A DNA stretch of 64,000 bases from a virus (lineage: Duplodnaviria > Caudoviricetes): IMG/VR virus record IMGVR_UViG_3300042275_000327, positions 32,001-96,000 of that record; one strand, 5' to 3'. Shown in pieces: positions 58,108 through 64,000 of the stretch. The position numbers and the translations under genes are program-made. The notes below the pieces were generated by a model. It ran no database searches, was not told the origin of the DNA, and saw nothing but the letters and a program-made list of their open reading frames with translations. The first letter of the stretch is position 1, and the number at the start of each line of letters is the position of its first letter.

Positions 58108-58119
58108 CTCTATCTTCTC

Positions 58120-60624
58120 CTATTCTTTTACTTCTTTTCCAAATCCCCAGACTTCTCCAAGCTCTGGATCTGAAATTTCTAATTCAAATTCCATATGAAC
58201 ACCTTCATACTCTTCATACTGTCTTTGGAATATATCTAATATTGTTTTTACCATAAAGCTTCTTTCATCCTTATGTATATAAAATCCCACAGCATCATGA
58301 ATCATTCCAAAGATTCTAGATTTCCAATTATTCTTCTTTACTAACTCATGAAACTCTCTCATTCCTCTCATGATTGCAACTGACTCAAAATTTTGAACAG
58401 GACTATTTTTACTTATATTCTGATCTTCTGAAATCTCTTTTCTATCAGTATCTTTTCCAATATAAGTGAGTCTAGGAAGAAGTCTCCTAGCACCAAATGG
58501 TGATCTTATCATTCCATATTTCTTAGCTGTCTCATGACATTTATCATGCCATTCTAAGAGCTTTGGATATTTCTTAAAGAAGGTATTTCTAATGTATTCT
58601 GCTGCTTCTAAGAATGGATCATCCGAATTTGTATCTAGATTCATCTCTTTTAAAAAATTTAAACAAAAATCTAAATCCCATTCTGCTCTCAATTTATCAT
58701 TAGCAAATGACCATGCAGATCCACCAAAAAGAAAACCAAAATTTACATTTTTTGCTATTCCTCTCTGAGTCTTGTATGGTTCCTGTTTCTTTACTTCTAG
58801 AAATTGTTCAATAGTCCAATCCTGATGAAAAATAGCAATAGCAGTCATCGAGTGAACATCACCACCATACTTTGTAAAAGCATCTTTCAAATTCTGATCA
58901 CCAGAAAGAACAGCAGCAATCCTAAGCTGAAAACCTGCAAAATCACCTTCTGACAAATAATATTTTCCTTGTTCTGGTGCTACAAATATTTTTCTATATT
59001 CTTTTGAAAATTCTGTTTTCTTTGGAACTTGCTGAAGATTGGGAGATTTACATTTATTCCTATGAGATTGTGCAAGCATTACACTGTAAGTTGGATGAAT
59101 GCTATTGGTACTCTTGTTTCTATATTCCCAATAAGCAGAATTATTTTGTTCCTCTCCAATAAAGGTGTTTATCTGAGTCGTAAGAGATCGATAACCAATT
59201 AACTTATCAACAACTGAATATCCTAATTTCTTCCATTTCAGAAGAACATCTTCATTTGTTAGATAATATCCATCTTTAGACCTTAGACCAAGATCAGGAA
59301 GTTTTAGATCGTTCTCTAGTGCCAATCCCAGATCTTTTGCTGAGGACAAATTAACAGGGACTCCCATTTCATCATGTATCTCTCTTGTTAGATCTTCCAA
59401 CTCCTTATCTTTCTTAATCTTCATTTCTTTCAAAAGATCCCAATTGATCACAACCCCATTCAGTTCTATATCAACATAAAGATTCAGATTTGGAACAACT
59501 TCTTTGAAATAATATGAATATAACTGAGGATCCAAAGAAAGTTTTTCTATTTGTTTTTTATATGCTTGATAACAGATTATAGCATCTTTTGTTGCATATT
59601 CAGACAGGATGCTGATTGGAATCTGGGAATAGTTTACCAATTTTGGATGTTTCACCTTATACTTTTGAAGTTCAATCTCATGACCTCCATAATAAGTATA
59701 CATCCAACCATGAGCACTCAATGCATTAGACGCTGTCTCATTCAGACAATGACCAGCACTGAGAGTATCAAAGTCTACCTTAACATTAGTAACACCAAGA
59801 TTTCTCAGGAACTTACAGTCAAATTTTAAATTTGCTCCAATCTGATATTTTCCCTTCAGGAACTCATTTAAGATTTTCAAATCTATCTTGGAAAAATCAA
59901 AATAATATCCTGTGATACCATCAAAAGACATAGTCATACAAATTATTTTATCTTTAAAATAAAAGAATCCACTAGTCTCTAGATCCCATGCTACCTCAGT
60001 AACTTTATCTTTCATCTCTAAAAGAAATTCATTAGGATCTTCTATGATCTCAACTTTTAAAGAAGGAATTCTTATTTTTTCTATATTAAAATCATAAGCT
60101 TTTCTTATTTGTTTAAAAAAGAAAAAACTATAGAAGTTATCAAGAAATCTCTTTTCTTCAAAAGATGCAAACTTGTAAATATCATCCACAGGAAATACAT
60201 AGCTCTTAGTATCTGGATAATAAAAATATGTATCTACATAATCATATGGATAAAAAGCAGAAGCATTGAATGTAGTCTCTAATGTAAATGTATAAATGGA
60301 TCTTCCCAAACAGATAATCTTTGATCCATTAGGAATATACTTTTTATAATCCAGAGAATAACTGTACATGAACTTTGTAACATTCTTTGTTAAATCTTTC
60401 TCTCTTGGTTTAAACTTAAAAGAATATAATAAAGCAAATTGAGGAGCATCATATTTGAATACCTTCTGAAGAGCATTATGGATAAAGCTTACTTGTCTCT
60501 TATTTGTACTATCTGTAACAAAATATAATTCTGGATTTTCATCTGTATAGATAAAGGGATCTTTTATGATATCATTCTGTCTGTTCAATGGGACAGATGT
60601 ATCTACTTTCTTGAAAAAACTCAC
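58120..60624 (-). CDS. Family A DNA polymerase with 3'-5' exonuclease
   Basis: WDLETSG, NLKFD, YATKDA; PNLQ; motif A DFAGFQLR, motif B RGIAKNVNFG, motif C IHDA. Confidence 0.95.
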   Translation of the reverse strand: MSFFKKVDTSVPLNRQNDIIKDPFIYTDENPELYFVTDSTNKRQVSFIHNALQKVFKYDAPQFALLYSFKFKPREKDLTKNVTKFMYSYSLDYKKYIPNGSKIICLGRSIYTFTLETTFNASAFYPYDYVDTYFYYPDTKSYVFPVDDIYKFASFEEKRFLDNFYSFFFFKQIRKAYDFNIEKIRIPSLKVEIIEDPNEFLLEMKDKVTEVAWDLETSGFFYFKDKIICMTMSFDGITGYYFDFSKIDLKILNEFLKGKYQIGANLKFDCKFLRNLGVTNVKVDFDTLSAGHCLNETASNALSAHGWMYTYYGGHEIELQKYKVKHPKLVNYSQIPISILSEYATKDAIICYQAYKKQIEKLSLDPQLYSYYFKEVVPNLNLYVDIELNGVVINWDLLKEMKIKKDKELEDLTREIHDEMGVPVNLSSAKDLGLALENDLKLPDLGLRSKDGYYLTNEDVLLKWKKLGYSVVDKLIGYRSLTTQINTFIGEEQNNSAYWEYRNKSTNSIHPTYSVMLAQSHRNKCKSPNLQQVPKKTEFSKEYRKIFVAPEQGKYYLSEGDFAGFQLRIAAVLSGDQNLKDAFTKYGGDVHSMTAIAIFHQDWTIEQFLEVKKQEPYKTQRGIAKNVNFGFLFGGSAWSFANDKLRAEWDLDFCLNFLKEMNLDTNSDDPFLEAAEYIRNTFFKKYPKLLEWHDKCHETAKKYGMIRSPFGARRLLPRLTYIGKDTDRKEISEDQNISKNSPVQNFESVAIMRGMREFHELVKKNNWKSRIFGMIHDAVGFYIHKDERSFMVKTILDIFQRQYEEYEGVHMEFELEISDPELGEVWGFGKEVKE

Positions 60625-61604
60625 AATTCAACCTCTTCAAATGCAGACTTTGGATCTTCAGGATCATATTTATCATTATATGTAAAAGCAAGGTTTTCTT
60701 TCTCTAAAAACATAAATGAGTCTTCTATACTAATAGATCCACCAGCTGCAGCATCATGTCCATTTGCAACACCTAGATCATTACAATTAAATCCATTCTT
60801 TGATCTGAAAGACAACTTTCCACTCAATCCTCCCCAAGTATTGAATGCAACAACATAATCTAGATTTTCTTCTTCTTTGAGAATTCTAGAACATACAAGA
60901 GAAATCTTGGACTTTATTGGAAAGACTCCAAATAATTTTCCCTTACTGTCAACACGTATTTGCATCTTATCTTTTGCATACAGATACATGTCTTCTTCTC
61001 TCTTATTAGATCGTTCAATGATCTCTAATTCTTGTCGTGTTTCTACCCAATGAGGAAAATTTCTTATTTTTCTTTCAAAGAAATCATAAAACGGAATAGT
61101 AGCATCTAGACTATTCTCTGCTTTCCAATCTTTCATCCCCATAAGAACACTATTCAGGTTTTTTGCTTTTTCCCAAAGATCTGATTCATCCTTCCACAAA
61201 TCATAGGTATCAACAAGTTCAACAAACTCATCAATAATTGGAAGATATCTCTTTACTCTAGGAATTACATAATCTTGCCAGAAAATCTTTGTTCCACATC
61301 GATTAAGATCAAATGAAGAATCTCTGTCCTCCTCTAGCCAATCAGCTTTTGAGTGATGATCATAAATTTCTACATGAATATCAAAAGATCTCAATTCTTC
61401 TGTTTTCTCTTTTGGTATTGAAAGATCAGAAAAAATGATTGTATTGAATGTTTTCATGTAGTTCCATTTTTCTTCATCTTCTTCAAAATTATAATCTTCT
61501 GACATCATTGAAGTAAATTTAAGTTTTTCATTAAAAAATCTAGCAATAGCTATACAGGCGTGACCATCGAGGTCAAGATGAGAGACTAATAATTTTCTTT
61601 CCAT
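60621..61604 (-). CDS. DHH/DHHA1 phosphoesterase
   Basis: HLDLDG, SDL, YDHH, SFRS, GHDAAAG. Confidence 0.9.
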   Translation of the reverse strand: MERKLLVSHLDLDGHACIAIARFFNEKLKFTSMMSEDYNFEEDEEKWNYMKTFNTIIFSDLSIPKEKTEELRSFDIHVEIYDHHSKADWLEEDRDSSFDLNRCGTKIFWQDYVIPRVKRYLPIIDEFVELVDTYDLWKDESDLWEKAKNLNSVLMGMKDWKAENSLDATIPFYDFFERKIRNFPHWVETRQELEIIERSNKREEDMYLYAKDKMQIRVDSKGKLFGVFPIKSKISLVCSRILKEEENLDYVVAFNTWGGLSGKLSFRSKNGFNCNDLGVANGHDAAAGGSISIEDSFMFLEKENLAFTYNDKYDPEDPKSAFEEVEL

Positions 61605-61625
61605 ATATACAGTATACTCCCTAAT

Positions 61626-63437
61626 TTACAATTCTTTCCCTTCAAAAATACTTTCCCATTGATCCTTAGAAAGGGAATCATACTTAAATAGATCTTTATC
61701 TAATCTTTCTCTATTTTCTAGGACTCTATCTTGTCTCTCTTCAATTGTGTTCTCAAACACAATTGGTCTCATCAGTACTCTTTCTGTGGTTCCAATTCTA
61801 TGATTTCTTTTTGACATCTGATCCCAAATCTCAAAGTCCCAAGGTCTATCAAAACAGATAGCTCTAGGAGCTTCTACAATATTAACTGCTCTAGCAATCA
61901 TTCTGTAAGAAGCAATCAGAAGCTTATGCTTCTTTTGTTTCTTGAATTTCTCTATCAGTCCATCTCTATATTCATCTCTGGTTACACCTTTAGGAATTTC
62001 TATCTCTCCATGAATAAGGATAGGATTATACTTTTTATAATACTCTCCCAATTGCTTGATTGACATAGGATGTCCAGACCACAGAATTGTCTTCTTTCCT
62101 TCTGTATCAATAAATTTTTCTAGAAGAGAAGTTACAACTTCCAACTTTGAATGGTCTTCAAATTTCCATTTCTCCACCATAGAATAAAACTCAGGCTCTT
62201 TCTGTGGATCAATTTTTCCCTTTAGAATACAAGGATTGTCTAGACATAAAGATATTCTAGGAAAATTAAGATACATCTCTCTTGTATTCAATCTTCCATT
62301 CTTGTCCTTGTTGTCTGTCATATACATTTTTATATAATGTCTATAAAGTTTCTTCTGCTTTTCTGAAATTTCGGTATAGACAACTCTCTTATCTAGTTCT
62401 GGAAGATCAATGTTGTCTTCTGTAAATTCTCTTACAAACCAAGGAGAAATTTCCTCCAAGAATTCTTTGATCTTATCATGCTTATAACTTCTTATTGCAT
62501 ATTTAGACCATCTGGTTCCCAAAAAGGCAAGCCTTGAGATCCAGGACTGATAGTCCTTACTTACAATATTCTTATCCAGAAATTTCAGTTGAGAATACAT
62601 ATCCTCAATTCCTCTTGGGTAAGGAGTGCCTGAAAGACCATATCTGAATCTGAAAAAATTCTTATGCATCTGGATGACTTTTGTAGATCTTGATCCTCTG
62701 TTCTTTATGAGATGCATTTCATCTAGAACAATTGCTCGATTTGTTCCCCAAGAATCTAATGGTAAACAAGCTGTCCTATAATCTTTACTTTTCTTCTTAA
62801 AGACCTTCTTGTAGGCATCATCACTCAGCATCAAGAATGTTCTATAAGTCATAATTGCTACTTTAGTTGACTCTACAAAAGGCTCTCTCCTAGCAGCATT
62901 AGCTACATAGATCTCCTCCTCTTTCAATCCAAAAGTATTGAATCTGATTAATTCTCTCTTGAAGTTATATACAGACTCTGTAGGAGCAAGAACAAGAATT
63001 CTATCAATAAGATTATTATTCCATAAATGATTCAGAATTCCAATCATGATGAATGTCTTACCAAGCCCCATCTTATGAGCAAGATAAAGACGACTTTGTC
63101 GTATTCCTGTTTTTATGGCTCTTACTTGATAATCACCAATTGGATTTCCACCTAGAATCTCTGGATTATAGGATATTCTGAATTTTTCAGTTTCTGGTTT
63201 TGGAATTAGAAGAGAATATATCTCTTCAGAGATATCAAATTTCTCAATCTTGAGAAGTTCTTCTAGAGCTTCTTTACTCTCATCCACATTCTTCAACCAG
63301 ACCATGTCATTATACTCAAATTCAGGAAGAAATCTGAATCGATGTTCTTTCAGGACATCTTTGATCTCATTGAAGTTTGAACCAGATATCTTTAATGCAA
63401 TTTTTTGTTTGTCTCTACTTAAATATAATCTTATCAT
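61626..63437 (-). CDS. SNF2-family helicase
   Basis: MGLGKT, DEMH, LSGTP, RNHRIG. Confidence 0.9.
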   Translation of the reverse strand: MIRLYLSRDKQKIALKISGSNFNEIKDVLKEHRFRFLPEFEYNDMVWLKNVDESKEALEELLKIEKFDISEEIYSLLIPKPETEKFRISYNPEILGGNPIGDYQVRAIKTGIRQSRLYLAHKMGLGKTFIMIGILNHLWNNNLIDRILVLAPTESVYNFKRELIRFNTFGLKEEEIYVANAARREPFVESTKVAIMTYRTFLMLSDDAYKKVFKKKSKDYRTACLPLDSWGTNRAIVLDEMHLIKNRGSRSTKVIQMHKNFFRFRYGLSGTPYPRGIEDMYSQLKFLDKNIVSKDYQSWISRLAFLGTRWSKYAIRSYKHDKIKEFLEEISPWFVREFTEDNIDLPELDKRVVYTEISEKQKKLYRHYIKMYMTDNKDKNGRLNTREMYLNFPRISLCLDNPCILKGKIDPQKEPEFYSMVEKWKFEDHSKLEVVTSLLEKFIDTEGKKTILWSGHPMSIKQLGEYYKKYNPILIHGEIEIPKGVTRDEYRDGLIEKFKKQKKHKLLIASYRMIARAVNIVEAPRAICFDRPWDFEIWDQMSKRNHRIGTTERVLMRPIVFENTIEERQDRVLENRERLDKDLFKYDSLSKDQWESIFEGKEL

Positions 63438-63445
63438 AGTGTTTT

Positions 63446-64000
63446 TTAAGCTCTTGGAATCTTTTCCCTTTTAAAGAAAGATCCTCCCTTTTTATTTATA
63501 GGATAGAACTGATATACTCTAGTATCCAATCTTGAAACATCAAATTCTAATGTTTGATACAAAGAATTCAAAGTTCTAGGATTGAAAGAACAATCATAGG
63601 TTCCTTCATTAATCTGTTCTTCTGAAATATCTAAATAATCTACAAGTTTGTAATTCATCAGAAGTCTTGGAGTATTTTCCTTTATTCTTTCTTTAAATGT
63701 ATCTGAAACATAGTCAAGTTCATCAACATGTCTAATGATATCTTGTATAGAATCAAATTCAGAAACAAGTTTCACAAGAACCTTGGTTCTTATTCCTTCT
63801 ACTCCAATAGGAACATTATCTCCAGAATCTCCCTTGAAACTTTTGTACATACACATCTTTGTTACTGTTGGTTCAAAACCATATTTCTCAACAAATTCAT
63901 CCTTATCATAAATATGATAATTTCCCTTCTCATATTTAGCAACATGAACATTTTCTCTAATAGCTCTGAACCAATCTAGATCATTTGAGACAAGAAGAAT
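63446..64000 (-). CDS. 5'-3' exonuclease / RNase H (FEN-like), N-terminus off the right edge
   Basis: LLVSNDLDW and GDSGDNVP motifs; frame open to window edge. Confidence 0.8.
   Translation of the reverse strand: MLLVSNDLDWFRAIRENVHVAKYEKGNYHIYDKDEFVEKYGFEPTVTKMCMYKSFKGDSGDNVPIGVEGIRTKVLVKLVSEFDSIQDIIRHVDELDYVSDTFKERIKENTPRLLMNYKLVDYLDISEEQINEGTYDCSFNPRTLNSLYQTLEFDVSRLDTRVYQFYPINKKGGSFFKREKIPRA

Noticed and set aside
53751-60624. Introns or inteins in topoisomerase or polymerase
   Set aside because: Both ORFs are continuous, of ordinary length, with no splice-junction or homing endonuclease motifs seen
6-63979. All plus-strand ORFs and short nested minus-strand ORFs in the track (e.g. 14032-14673, 14869-15552, 27170-27742, 34510-34920)
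   Set aside because: They are antisense or off-frame shadows of long, motif-bearing minus-strand genes, with Ser/Phe-rich composition and no RBS
1-64000. Stop-codon reassignment (alternative genetic code)
   Set aside because: Conserved genes are intact under the standard code, and TAA, TAG and TGA all end genes at operon-consistent positions
1-64000. Specific host assignment (a spirochaete host was considered from overall architecture)
   Set aside because: Cannot be supported from the sequence alone; needs homology search of the GC-rich segments or CRISPR spacer matching

Overview
A 64 kb section of a large, AT-rich, contractile-tailed (T4-like architecture) lytic phage genome. All credible genes lie on the minus strand, so transcription runs right to left. 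At the right end is a replication block: 5'-3' exonuclease, SNF2 helicase, DHH phosphoesterase, family A DNA polymerase, dUTPase, sigma-like factor and topoisomerase II large subunit. Next is a tightly coupled sialic/nonulosonic-acid glycosylation operon (three-domain glycosyltransferase with GT8 and GT29-sialylmotif domains, methyltransferase, CMP-sugar synthetase, KdsC-like phosphatase). The head module follows (major capsid, neck, portal, protease-scaffold), interspersed with putative packaged effectors (ferritin-like, ADP-ribosyltransferase, zincin, AAA ATPase). Then come a cluster of fibre/receptor-binding genes with two GC-rich imported segments, and finally sheath, tube, tape measure, baseplate, long tail fibre and adhesin. 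Highlights: (1) a late-promoter-driven sialylation operon next to the capsid gene; (2) a ~30-aa motif ending in EKGDKI shared by several unrelated head-region proteins, including a ferritin-like protein directly upstream of the capsid gene; (3) an orphan DGR-type variable region with its hairpin but no RT or TR in the window; (4) a 13-bp late promoter motif at 12 or more sites; (5) a candidate SD-stimulated +1 frameshift in the tail chaperone; (6) paired active-site substitutions in the polymerase. No tRNA, rRNA, CRISPR array, integrase or terminase was seen. All functional calls come from motif recognition by eye, not database searches.
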